64,000 bases of DNA, taken from Clostridiaceae bacterium. GTDB taxonomy: Bacteria; Bacillota; Clostridia; Saccharofermentanales; DTU023. Numbering within the stretch: position 1 is the first letter of the stretch; each line of letters opens with the position of its first letter. The notes below the pieces were generated by a model, which had not been told where the DNA came from, did no database searches, and was given only the letters and a program-made list of their open reading frames with translations. Position numbers and translations under genes: made by a program. The stretch covers positions 89 to 64,088 of the forward strand of contig JAAYRL010000051.1 of NCBI GenBank assembly GCA_012518795.1. Direction: 5' to 3'. Of the stretch, positions 27,500 through 37,183 are shown one piece after another.

Positions 27500-28489
27500 C
27501 TAGACCACTTCTCTTTCCGGATTTTCTCGCGGATTATCTTTGATTTCTCCGATAAGCTCTTCCAAAATATCCGTAAGGGTCACTATGCCCATATTATTGC
27601 CTGAATCATCAACTACTAAAGAAAAATGTATCTTGTTTATACTCAATTCGTTCAGTAAATCATCAATCAGCATCTCAGGTTCCGCATAATAAGGTTTAAA
27701 CAGGATATTTTTCAGATTGAAATCTCTATTTTTAAAATAATTTTTGTAAAATCCCTTGGTTGGCAGGACTCCTATGATATTTCTCTCATCTTTTTCGTAA
27801 ACTGGATATCTGGAAAAACCGGTATCTTTAATAATTCTAATTATTTCTTTTTTATCGCTGTTAATATCTAGTGACACTACATTTTCCATTGGAGTGTAAA
27901 TATCATTTGCTTTTTTTCTATCAAAGTTTAATGCAGATGATATCAAGCGATGATCTCTTTCACTTATAACTCCTTCTTCACCAACATTTTTGACAATTTG
28001 AAAAAATTCTTCCTCATTAATTTCAGGTTCGTTTTTTTCAGGTAAAAGTCTGGATAATATAGTTGAAATACCCATGAAAAATAAACCGAACGGTCTCAAA
28101 ATCTTTATCAGAAATTTTAAAAAGGATGCTACACTCAAAGCATAATTGAAATTGGACTTGCCGTAACTTTTAGGTATCATTTCACTAAACAAAAAAACTA
28201 TCAGTGTTGATAAAATTGTTGTAAGAGTAAGATATTTTGTTCCAAAATGTCTTGTAGCGAGCAGGGTTGCAATTGCTGCAAATCCGTTATGAGCAAGATT
28301 GTTACCTATCAACAAGGTAACTAGCGCACTGTCAAAATTTTCCAAAATACATGTTGCAGTTAACGCTCTTCTATCTCCATTATCTGCATGATTCTTAAGC
28401 TTGATTTTATTCATGGAAGAATAGCTGATCTCAGTAGCTGCACAAAATGAAGCTCCGATTAATAGTAAAAACAAAACAAAAATTAACAT
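27500..28489 (-). CDS. CNNM/CorB-type membrane protein, short form (DUF21 + CBS pair, no CorC_HlyC)
   Basis: 329 aa paralogue of the downstream gene, ending just after the CBS pair. Only 2 nt separate the two genes. Confidence 0.8.
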   Translation of the reverse strand: MLIFVLFLLLIGASFCAATEISYSSMNKIKLKNHADNGDRRALTATCILENFDSALVTLLIGNNLAHNGFAAIATLLATRHFGTKYLTLTTILSTLIVFLFSEMIPKSYGKSNFNYALSVASFLKFLIKILRPFGLFFMGISTILSRLLPEKNEPEINEEEFFQIVKNVGEEGVISERDHRLISSALNFDRKKANDIYTPMENVVSLDINSDKKEIIRIIKDTGFSRYPVYEKDERNIIGVLPTKGFYKNYFKNRDFNLKNILFKPYYAEPEMLIDDLLNELSINKIHFSLVVDDSGNNMGIVTLTDILEELIGEIKDNPRENPEREVV

Positions 28490-28778
28490 TCAAATAGCCT
28501 TTTTATGAAAAATCTCCTCAAAATTGAAACTCAATTTATTGATTTTTCAATTATTGTTTTATCAAAGAGTTCTTTTTGCAAAGTATACAGCAAAAACGCA
28601 ATTAGCTCTATAGTTAATTTTATTTCAATTAAAATGAAATTCGACTCCTCTGAAATTAATTCTGCTTAATTATGTCAGTCGACACCAGATTGTACAATAA
28701 CACTATCGGTTTGACCGGCTTGTTATTTGTTATACTTTTATCTAAGTTTCTTCAATGGTTAATAATATAAGAAAAGTG

Positions 28779-29864
28779 TTATAGATTTTTAAGAAAATCA
28801 ATAATAGCTGTCGTTGAAGGTGGACATCCTGCAACATTTTTGCATATACCCGAGGTACATTGTCCTATGCCAATTCCACTACCCTTTACAGCCTTATAAC
28901 CCTGCCCAATTAGAATGGGATTATTCTTAAAACGATATAATAAACCTTCATCAGCAAGCCTTGCCAAAGCCCTTATTAAGTTGGCATAGCATGCCGAACA
29001 AGCTTCTTTTGCATTTACATATTGCGAAAGTTTTTGTACTTTTCGTGAGGAAGACGGTTTTGCAATACTTTCATCTTTGCTCAGCACAATTATTTCTGCA
29101 TTATCTATATCAGAGCTTCCGACTCCTATGTCATTTGCAATCTGAATATATTCAACATCATGCGGTTTATAACCTATCGTTTCCGCTATATGTGCATCTA
29201 TCAATACAGGATCTGTGCCACAAAAAATACGATTCATTTGTACCGGGTTTCCTCCTTCTTCAAAGTCAAGGTCACCACACATGCCGTCAACTAAAATAAA
29301 ATCCTGCTTAATTATCTTGTTTAAATATGCAATAGGTTTGTGAAGACCACGGGCATGAAATCTTCGTTTTTCTCTATCCGAAAGACATCCTTTCATATTC
29401 TTCAGAGCTCCTGTCACTAATGTCTGACAGTGACCTTTTAGTACAGGTATGTTAATTAGAAAATCCAGCGAAAGCAGCTTATCACTTATTTCCATATCCA
29501 TGCCGTTAAAAGATTTTATGGTATATGTGTCCTGCTTAATATCAAAAAGCGGTACATTATATTTTTTAGAGACATCTTCGTAACCGCAAACTTTAAAAGA
29601 TCTTTTTGTACTGTCCCCGATCCACGAACTCTCTAAAATAACAATGTTGTTATGTCCGTGCTCATTCAGGTATTCAATCAATGCTGAAACAATGACCGGA
29701 GAAGTTGTTGCTCCCGAAGATGAAGGCTTGGCCAGCACCAGATTCGGCTTTATTCCTATATAAGAGCCTTTCGGTATTATCTTGCCCAATTCCGACTCAT
29801 TGAGAACATCCCTCGTCATTTTCCATAAATCTTGACCATAAGTTATAATTATTCTATTATTCAT
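28779..29864 (-). CDS. DUF362 domain protein with Cys-rich C-terminus
   Basis: IGIKPNLV...SSGATTSP matches the typical DUF362 N-terminal region. C-terminal cysteines: CSACYANL...CTSGICKNVAGC. Confidence 0.6.
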   Translation of the reverse strand: MNNRIIITYGQDLWKMTRDVLNESELGKIIPKGSYIGIKPNLVLAKPSSSGATTSPVIVSALIEYLNEHGHNNIVILESSWIGDSTKRSFKVCGYEDVSKKYNVPLFDIKQDTYTIKSFNGMDMEISDKLLSLDFLINIPVLKGHCQTLVTGALKNMKGCLSDREKRRFHARGLHKPIAYLNKIIKQDFILVDGMCGDLDFEEGGNPVQMNRIFCGTDPVLIDAHIAETIGYKPHDVEYIQIANDIGVGSSDIDNAEIIVLSKDESIAKPSSSRKVQKLSQYVNAKEACSACYANLIRALARLADEGLLYRFKNNPILIGQGYKAVKGSGIGIGQCTSGICKNVAGCPPSTTAIIDFLKNL

Positions 29865-29933
29865 TGATTTATCCTGCTTTCAATAATATTATAAAAGAAA
29901 ATAATAAGAAATCCATATAATTCAGAGAGTTAA

Positions 29934-30503
29934 ATGCGACTATTCATAGCCATAAATTTTAATACAGAAACACGATCGCGATTAGTCATACTACGTGATG
30001 AGTTACGGAGTAATTCTGCAAAAGGACGCTTCAGCGCACCGGAAAACTTACACTTAACACTTGTCTTTTTAGGAGAATGCGATGAAAAACAAGCTGCCGA
30101 TGCGAAGGCAGCTATGGACTCAGTCGAATTCAAACCGTTTACAATTAATATCGGCTGTACCGGTCGTTTCAGACGAAGAGGAAGTGAGATATGGTGGGCG
30201 GGTGTAAGCGAAAGCAAACTGTTAACTAAACTGTACGACCAACTGATAAAAAAATTGACTGAATTCGGTTTTCAAATTGAAAAACGCAAATTCAGTCCGC
30301 ATATTACACTTGGCAGAGAGATCATCACAAAAGCTTCTCCTAACACGTTCGAAGAATTCGGACAGCTAATTGACAAAATTGAACTCATGAAATCAGAACG
30401 GATTGACGGTAAACTGACATACACTGCGATACACGAGACAAATGCCTACTTACCGAACAGTACAAGATATACTTCAATATCATGTTCATTCAGAAAATCT
30501 TGA
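29934..30503 (+). CDS. thpR: RNA 2',3'-cyclic phosphodiesterase (2H family, ThpR/LigT)
   Basis: Two HxT/S motifs: HLTLVFLG and HITLGR. 189 aa. The last ~18 aa extend into the convergent macro gene. Confidence 0.85.
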   Translation: MRLFIAINFNTETRSRLVILRDELRSNSAKGRFSAPENLHLTLVFLGECDEKQAADAKAAMDSVEFKPFTINIGCTGRFRRRGSEIWWAGVSESKLLTKLYDQLIKKLTEFGFQIEKRKFSPHITLGREIITKASPNTFEEFGQLIDKIELMKSERIDGKLTYTAIHETNAYLPNSTRYTSISCSFRKS

Positions 30504-30913
30504 ATTGCAGAAGTTGCAACTTGCAGAGCCTCATCTTTAGGATAACCGTATATCCCGCTTGAAATGAGCGGAAAAGCAATGCTCGTACATTCATTTTCGA
30601 TTGCAACTCGCAGAGATTCCGTATAGGCGGAACGCAGGAGTCTTTCACTCTCTTCGGGACTCTGTTTTTTATAAATAGGACCTGCTGTATGAATGACAAA
30701 CTTAGAGGGCAAATCAAATCCCAGAGTGATGACCGCCTCCCCTGTTTTAATTGGAGCAAGTTTGTCACAGGCTGCTTGAAGTTTTGCTGCTCCGGCCGCC
30801 CTGAAAATAGCTCCGCAAACTCCGCCGCCCATTTTCAGCTCGGTGTTGGCTGCATTAACTATGGCATCAACTTCCATTTTTGTTATGTCTTGACGGATTA
30901 TTGTAAACGGCAT
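30446..30913 (-). CDS. Macro domain protein (ADP-ribose/O-acetyl-ADP-ribose hydrolase, YmdB-like)
   Basis: DAIVNAAN, GGGVCGAI, VIHTAGP and SIAFPLISSGIYGYP. Confidence 0.88.
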   Translation of the reverse strand: MPFTIIRQDITKMEVDAIVNAANTELKMGGGVCGAIFRAAGAAKLQAACDKLAPIKTGEAVITLGFDLPSKFVIHTAGPIYKKQSPEESERLLRSAYTESLRVAIENECTSIAFPLISSGIYGYPKDEALQVATSAIQDFLNEHDIEVYLVLFGK

Positions 30914-31017
30914 AACAATTCCCTCCTCTCAGTTATCTGTGAATTTTACCTTTAATTCTAACACCGGATCAGTGAATTAGTATCAATAATATAGATAATT
31001 TAGTGAATTATAAAAAA

Positions 31018-32238
31018 TTATATATATTCTATCGGAAGAGCCAATAAATCATCTTTTAACCAAGTCAGTTGGTCATATTGGCATATTATTACTCCTGTTT
31101 TCAGATTTTTATTCGGTATACCCTGCAATACAGAGAAATTCTTAGCCATCTTAGCTTCCGGTTTCGCAGTCTTTTTTATTTCTACCGGATAAATATCATG
31201 ACCATCTTCAATTATCAAATCAATTTCTCTGCCATCACGATCTCTGTAATAATATATTGGCGGGCGACTATTGCCAACATTCAAAAAACTTTTAATTATT
31301 TCAACAATTACAAATGTTTCATATACATTTCCGGAAACTGCTCCGACTTGCAAAGTTTCTGCCGTTAACCAACGTGTTAAGTACGCTAATAATCCGGTAT
31401 CCATAAAATATACCTTAGGAGTTTTAATCACTCTTTTTAAATGATTATTGGAATATGGATAAAGTAAATAGATTATCCCGGAAGTTTCCAGGATAGAAGT
31501 CCAACGCTTGATTGTGTCTGAACTGACACCTATATCTTTTGCAATTGATTGATAATTCAAAATCTCAGCTGATCTCGCTGCCAGAGATATCATGAAGTTC
31601 ATAAATGATTTTTCATCTCCTATTTGAGTTAATTGTCTAACATCTCTTTCTATATAAGTTTGTATATAAGATTGATAATAGATATCCCAATCCATATCAG
31701 GTGTTGTCACAAGTTTTGGCATCGATCCTCTATGAATACAATTCCATAAATCACTATACGATTTTAATTCTCTTTTGCGGTTTAAGATATATGATTCGTT
31801 TGGAATAAATGAATCATAGAAATCAATCACGTATCTCTCTCTGAGAGATAGTCCTTGTAATTGAAAAATGGCAATTCTCCCGGCTAAAGTTTCTGAGACA
31901 TTTTTCATTAAATGAAAAGACTGCGAACCAGTTAATAAATAAAAACCCGATTGCCCATTTTCATCAACCTTTTCTTTAATTGTTTGAAAAGAACCCGGTA
32001 CATATTGAATTTCATCAAGTATTAATGGACCTTGATTATTTTTAAAAAATAAATATGGATCCGTTTCAAGTAAACCACGTTGTAACAAATTATCCATCGT
32101 GATATATTGATGACTATCTTTTGCAAACTCTTGCAAAACTGTCGTTTTACCAACTTGCCTTGGTCCTGTTACAAGTATAACCGGATAATGTTTTGAAGTT
32201 TTAGCTAAGATTTTTTCAATTGTTCTGTTTAAATACAT
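31018..32238 (-). CDS. AAA+ ATPase with DUF4143 C-terminal domain
   Basis: P-loop GPRQVGKTT, Walker B LILDEIQ, and a DUF4143-type KVYFMDTGLLAYL. Confidence 0.8.
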   Translation of the reverse strand: MYLNRTIEKILAKTSKHYPVILVTGPRQVGKTTVLQEFAKDSHQYITMDNLLQRGLLETDPYLFFKNNQGPLILDEIQYVPGSFQTIKEKVDENGQSGFYLLTGSQSFHLMKNVSETLAGRIAIFQLQGLSLRERYVIDFYDSFIPNESYILNRKRELKSYSDLWNCIHRGSMPKLVTTPDMDWDIYYQSYIQTYIERDVRQLTQIGDEKSFMNFMISLAARSAEILNYQSIAKDIGVSSDTIKRWTSILETSGIIYLLYPYSNNHLKRVIKTPKVYFMDTGLLAYLTRWLTAETLQVGAVSGNVYETFVIVEIIKSFLNVGNSRPPIYYYRDRDGREIDLIIEDGHDIYPVEIKKTAKPEAKMAKNFSVLQGIPNKNLKTGVIICQYDQLTWLKDDLLALPIEYI

Positions 32239-32411
32239 AATTAACTCCTTCGGCTAAACCAAGATACAATCTTATTTTAGCCGAAAACATGGAGTGTTTC
32301 AATAATATTTTTCAACCTTGTTCATAAAATCAAATATACCAATGGGGGCTTAGATCAGGGAATAACAAGGTGACATATTATATCATCATTAAATTCCTGC
32401 TGCGCCATAAG

Positions 32412-34655
32412 CTACTCAACAACGACAAGCATAGCCTGATCCTTGCCGTTTTTCTTTGCCTCATACAATTTTTCATCAGCCCAATGCGAGAGTTGAAATT
32501 TTTTCTTCGAATGGTCTTTAAGAGACATGGCAATTCCTATGCTTATAGAGATCTGTTTGTTTTCAGATGCCGGGTTTTCAATCTTTAAATCGCGTACGCT
32601 CCGAAGCATTTCTTCAGCAAGTTCCAATGCTTCATTTTGGCTTAGTCCAATACATACGGCGATAAATTCCTCACCGCCAAAGCGCGCTGCTGCACCGGAA
32701 CGCTTGCTTACAGCTGAATCTATTATTTGGGCTATCTTCTTCAGTACTTCGTCGCCTTCAATGTGCCCGAACCTGTCGTTGTATAACTTGAAATCATCTA
32801 TGTCCATCATGAATACGGCAAGACTCTTTTTAGACTCTTCCGCAAAGAAAATCATTCTCTGATATTTATCTTCGTAACTTCTGCGATTATTTATTTGCGT
32901 CAATTGGTCTATACCTGCCAGATACTCCAATTGCTCATTAGCTGATATAAGTTGATCGTTAACAGATTTTAAGATTTCCTGAGTATCCAAGTGGCTTTTT
33001 ATTTCAGCACTTAAATCCCTTGAATATATAGCATTTCTGAGTGCAATGGATATAAACGGGTGTAATTCATTTAAGAATGTGACATCCTCCTCGGCGAACA
33101 AACCAACTCGGTCGCTCTGCACGGTATATACACCGATGACTTCTTCTTCGATTATTATAGGGACATAAAGAGCTGCCTTTGCATTGAATAATGTACCGAG
33201 CGTCACCTGTTTTTGTCTCTCTATGACTTCGTTGAAAAAAGGATCTTCGGATGACAACATCTCTCCCGTGTTATAACATCTGGCTATCATGCTATTCGGA
33301 TTATCCATCTCCACAATGTATTCCTCTTTAGGAGATTTGTATCCATATGTGGCAAGAGATCTGAGTCTCTTGTGCTTCGGTTCGGCAACAAATATGACAA
33401 AGGAATCCAGAGGCATATTTGCACGAATATTTTCGTAGATGAACTCGACTACTTCCTGCAGGTTAAGAGAGGAGTTCAATTTTAAACCAATGGAATGAAT
33501 CATTTCGATTCTTTTGTAGGCAATCTCAAGTTCGTTCTTATTGCGGATTGCTTCTTCAGCAATCATCCGCAGTTCCCGGTTTTTGTAGTTCTTCTGCTCG
33601 GCGGTTTCTTTACCTTCTACCAGATTGGAAACCAGGCGCAGAGAGTCACGCTGTTTTTCGTGATTTGCTTCCAGATTTTCCTCTAATGCTTTAATATATT
33701 TCTCGTTTAACTCATCCACTTTTTCCTGATTACCTTCAGATAAATAATATTTTTTAAGTTCGCGGTACCCGAAGGCAATTCCTCTCGGATTAGTTTCGAC
33801 TACGAGTGATTCTATCGACAAAAGTTCGTCCAGATAGAAAGATTGCGGAAGTCCCATTTCTATAGACATCATTACAAAAGGTATGACGGAGTTTGTTAAA
33901 TAGGGAAGATTGTTGGCAACCATTGCTTTAATTTTCTCGAATTTTTTCTTGGCTTCCTCCGGTTTGTTTGTGAAAAAATCGACATACATCAAGGCCGCCA
34001 AAACAGCATATTGTATATCAAAAGAAGTCCTATCTATGTCTAAAGACTCTAATTTTTCGATCAATGGCGGCATTTTATTGAATTCGCGCATTATTGCATA
34101 AGCGTTGAGAATTTCGCAATAGATATGCGTAAGCGTTTCCTTATAGCGCGGAACAGTATTCTTGTTTTGCTCTAAAAAGTCCAGTGCCAATTCATAATGT
34201 TCTATGGCTTTGTCATACATTTCGGCCTGGAAGTAAATCAGTCCTATATTGATATATATTGTTGCAGTTACTGCAGTCAGATTATTTTCTTTCTCGATCT
34301 GTATTATGCGATAATATATTTCGAGGGCATGCTCATATTTGCCCATCAAAAAATAAGCATTAGCAAGTGTGTTTAAGTTGCTGGTCAGAAGATAGTTGTA
34401 TTTTAATGCTTCAAGAACTTCTATGAACTTTGTGAGGCGCTCGATGACCAACTCATGCTGGTTACCCTCCGTTAAAAGGAGTACTACTTCTGCCGTCTGA
34501 ACATTTGCGCGGAATTCTGAGTCCTTTTTATATTTTTCTGACTCTTTCAATTCATCTACAATTGTGTAGCCCTGTTCACGGTTCTCCAGAATTTGCCGCA
34601 GCAAATTCTGATAAACCTGATTTGTTTCTAAATTGAGATAATCCTCAACGGTCAT
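32412..34655 (-). CDS. Diguanylate cyclase with N-terminal TPR repeats and a central GAF domain
   Basis: C-terminal GGDEF domain with active-site GGEEF and no RxxD I-site 5 aa upstream. TPR-like repeats span about aa 90-330. A GAF-like region spans about aa 390-540. Confidence 0.85.
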   Translation of the reverse strand: MTVEDYLNLETNQVYQNLLRQILENREQGYTIVDELKESEKYKKDSEFRANVQTAEVVLLLTEGNQHELVIERLTKFIEVLEALKYNYLLTSNLNTLANAYFLMGKYEHALEIYYRIIQIEKENNLTAVTATIYINIGLIYFQAEMYDKAIEHYELALDFLEQNKNTVPRYKETLTHIYCEILNAYAIMREFNKMPPLIEKLESLDIDRTSFDIQYAVLAALMYVDFFTNKPEEAKKKFEKIKAMVANNLPYLTNSVIPFVMMSIEMGLPQSFYLDELLSIESLVVETNPRGIAFGYRELKKYYLSEGNQEKVDELNEKYIKALEENLEANHEKQRDSLRLVSNLVEGKETAEQKNYKNRELRMIAEEAIRNKNELEIAYKRIEMIHSIGLKLNSSLNLQEVVEFIYENIRANMPLDSFVIFVAEPKHKRLRSLATYGYKSPKEEYIVEMDNPNSMIARCYNTGEMLSSEDPFFNEVIERQKQVTLGTLFNAKAALYVPIIIEEEVIGVYTVQSDRVGLFAEEDVTFLNELHPFISIALRNAIYSRDLSAEIKSHLDTQEILKSVNDQLISANEQLEYLAGIDQLTQINNRRSYEDKYQRMIFFAEESKKSLAVFMMDIDDFKLYNDRFGHIEGDEVLKKIAQIIDSAVSKRSGAAARFGGEEFIAVCIGLSQNEALELAEEMLRSVRDLKIENPASENKQISISIGIAMSLKDHSKKKFQLSHWADEKLYEAKKNGKDQAMLVVVE

Positions 34656-34789
34656 ATATAATATCCTCTTTCCGGCATCGGGTCTATCCGGTTCCGGCGA
34701 GATTCATAGTAACACGGCCGGACCCGGATCCAAGCTTCCATATCCTTTACAATTATACTTATATACTTACCCAAAACAAGATTAGAACG

Positions 34790-34972
34790 GTCTTTAAACA
34801 TAAGAGTTACCATAAGGCCTGTATCAGCCAAAAACAATTTGAATTGGTCTATATTTAAACTGGCCGCCAACCCAACTGAAGGATCGTTAGAATGATATGA
34901 AATCAAAACTGTTTTCGAAGCTACCAATTCAGCAATTTCATTTGAAATGGTCGCAGCCCTATCATTTTTCAA
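34790..34972 (-). pseudogene. Remnant of a DUF4143-family ATPase gene
   Basis: The first ~60 aa of ORF 34652..34972 (…SVGLAASLNIDQFKLFLADTGLMVTLMF) resemble the internal xKLYxxDTGL region of DUF4143 ATPases. There is no P-loop part. The remaining reading frame looks like nonsense and runs into the cyclase start. Confidence 0.5.
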
Positions 34973-35047
34973 ATACGCATTTCATTTATATGGATTATAC
35001 TGCAAATACGCATTATAGTGCAGGGTATTTCCTTCAGATACGCAATT
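34970..35047. repeat. Three direct copies of CA(A/G)ATACGCA(A)TT spaced 32-33 bp
   Basis: Copies at 34970-34981, 35003-35014 and 35035-35047. Confidence 0.8.
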
Positions 35048-35094
35048 CAATTAATGCAGTGTGTACTTGTCAACTCTAGTAGAAATGAAATGGG

Positions 35095-35526
35095 TTAAAA
35101 TCCCATTTCTTCGAGAATTAATACAGCTGTTTCAATTACTTTCGGACATATCTGTTTTTGTCTATCCGGATACTTGGCTTTGGCTTCCGGATCTCGGATA
35201 TCATAACCAAGTATTTCACGACAAAGGACTGTTCCTTTTCTTTTTAAGAATTCTTCCATAAACTCTGATGTGATTTCATAACATTTTTTCTTGGAATCTT
35301 TATCATTTGCAATAGATTGTCCGTATTTAAGCCCCACTACCATAACTGCACCGGAAACTGCACCACAAACCTCACCACACTGTAAACCGCCTCCAAATCC
35401 ACCGGCAAGTTTCATCAAGATCTGCTCATCAATTCCAAACTGGTCGCAAAATGAACCCAGAACAGACTGTGAACAGTTAAAACCGCTTTCATGTAGTTCT
35501 CGTGCTTTTTGCATCTTTTCACTCAT
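35095..35526 (-). CDS. C_GCAxxG_C_C family protein
   Basis: FNCSQSVL ... CGEVCGAVSGAVMVVG ... C...C pattern over 143 aa. Confidence 0.85.
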   Translation of the reverse strand: MSEKMQKARELHESGFNCSQSVLGSFCDQFGIDEQILMKLAGGFGGGLQCGEVCGAVSGAVMVVGLKYGQSIANDKDSKKKCYEITSEFMEEFLKRKGTVLCREILGYDIRDPEAKAKYPDRQKQICPKVIETAVLILEEMGF

Positions 35527-35582
35527 GTATTTACCCTCCCAATTTTCTTTAATATATAAGATACTTTGCTCAGCAAATCTAA

Positions 35583-37031
35583 TTAGAATGCAACTACCTC
35601 TACATCATCAATTTCCAGCATTTGACCGACGAAAATCGGGACTTGAAGTTCGGTATCAATAATGAAATATAAAAAAGGATTCGTCAAATAGACTGTTTTT
35701 TCTTCAGGTATTTCTATTGCTGTCTCTTCTTTCATTTCCACTGCTGTCGCTGCTGCTGCTTTCGTACCCTCGGCATCAACTTCCAGAAACGTTTTATGTA
35801 AGATACGGCTGATTAGAATCGGATTTATACTATCAAAACCATTTGAAAAATCAGAATAATCTGCATCGAAAGCATCGGTCATTCCTAAGGCTTTCAAATT
35901 TTCACTCAATTCAGTTGAGTACTCGGTTTTGAATTGAGGAATTCCTACTAAAACCGGTTCTTCAGATACCGAATCAAGCAATTTAGTAAAGGCATCAGCA
36001 TCAAGATTTTTGATATAGTCAGACAATTTCACATCATAATTAGGCAATATTGCCATGAATGCATAGCGCGGATTTTTATAGGGCTTTAAGAAACCTTGAG
36101 CATATTCGTCTGCCAGATAATAATTTTCTTCCGAATTCATCATCTGGACTTCTTGGTATGTATTTTCACTCGGATAGAAATAACCCTGCTCAATGTCTTC
36201 CTCTTCATATTTGACTTGCCATTCACCTTCAAATGCTAAGGCATTAATCAAATACATTACAGCATCTTCCGGAATCTTATCAATTATTTCCGGAATCATC
36301 TCGTTGGTATTCTGATTGACCCATGCATTAATTATGTCTTTTGCGGCATCATCAAATTTAAGCTCACGTAAAGCTGCACTATAATAATCGGCATTTGTTT
36401 GGAGAAAATCAGGTTTTACCTGAATTCTGTCTGCTTTTTCTTCATTGAACCAAATTGAATTCGCTAAATTTAGTTTCACCTTTTCATCTTGCTGTTGCAA
36501 CAGAGAATTATAGGAAAACAGATATTGATTCAAAGTAGCAGGATCACTGTGCAATACATCTGTCATTTGTTGCAAAGTATTATTGGCCGCTGCATTTTGG
36601 GTCATTCCTAAAGCGTAATAAATCGATAAGGGCGAAAACAGAACATTCTCTTCTGAATCTTTTACCAAGTTTTGCAACATTTCAACTGAGAATTTTTGCA
36701 TGAAATCCGCTTTTGGCAAGTCGCTATCGGGTTGAACATCTTGCGCTTTTACATCAGCCATTAAATCGGTACTTGTATCCTTAACATTCTTGTTGGCTTG
36801 TCTGGTATCATCTTGCGTCTGATTCGAATCTGTTGGCTTGGAATCTTTATCTTCTGAATCTCCAGGATCTTCAGAATCTTCGGTATTATTATCAGCATTT
36901 TCTTGCTTGTCGTTTTCTTTCGAAGCTGAACTACTTGAGTCATTTTTCTTCGCACAAGCCACAATATTTAATAATAAAATTAAACTAATGCTTAAGAGTA
37001 TCATCCTGATTATATTCGTTTTCTTATTCAT
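35583..37031 (-). CDS. Serpin-family protease inhibitor, predicted lipoprotein
   Basis: Lipobox LLLNIVAC. A low-complexity acidic linker. Serpin core with hinge EGTKAAAATAV (inhibitory type) and NPFLYFI. Start set at ATG 37031 (GGAG upstream); the track start is a TTG. Confidence 0.88.
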   Translation of the reverse strand: MNKKTNIIRMILLSISLILLLNIVACAKKNDSSSSASKENDKQENADNNTEDSEDPGDSEDKDSKPTDSNQTQDDTRQANKNVKDTSTDLMADVKAQDVQPDSDLPKADFMQKFSVEMLQNLVKDSEENVLFSPLSIYYALGMTQNAAANNTLQQMTDVLHSDPATLNQYLFSYNSLLQQQDEKVKLNLANSIWFNEEKADRIQVKPDFLQTNADYYSAALRELKFDDAAKDIINAWVNQNTNEMIPEIIDKIPEDAVMYLINALAFEGEWQVKYEEEDIEQGYFYPSENTYQEVQMMNSEENYYLADEYAQGFLKPYKNPRYAFMAILPNYDVKLSDYIKNLDADAFTKLLDSVSEEPVLVGIPQFKTEYSTELSENLKALGMTDAFDADYSDFSNGFDSINPILISRILHKTFLEVDAEGTKAAAATAVEMKEETAIEIPEEKTVYLTNPFLYFIIDTELQVPIFVGQMLEIDDVEVVAF

Positions 37032-37183
37032 ATATATCTCCAATGTTAGTTGTAAAGCCTCAATGCTTTTTCTGATAATTCAATATTGTTTATAGTTTTG
37101 TATCCATATTATACACTCTACATGCTCCGAGACACCACTAAACCAAAATCCATTTCTATGCGGTATTGGTAATGTGATTCTTT

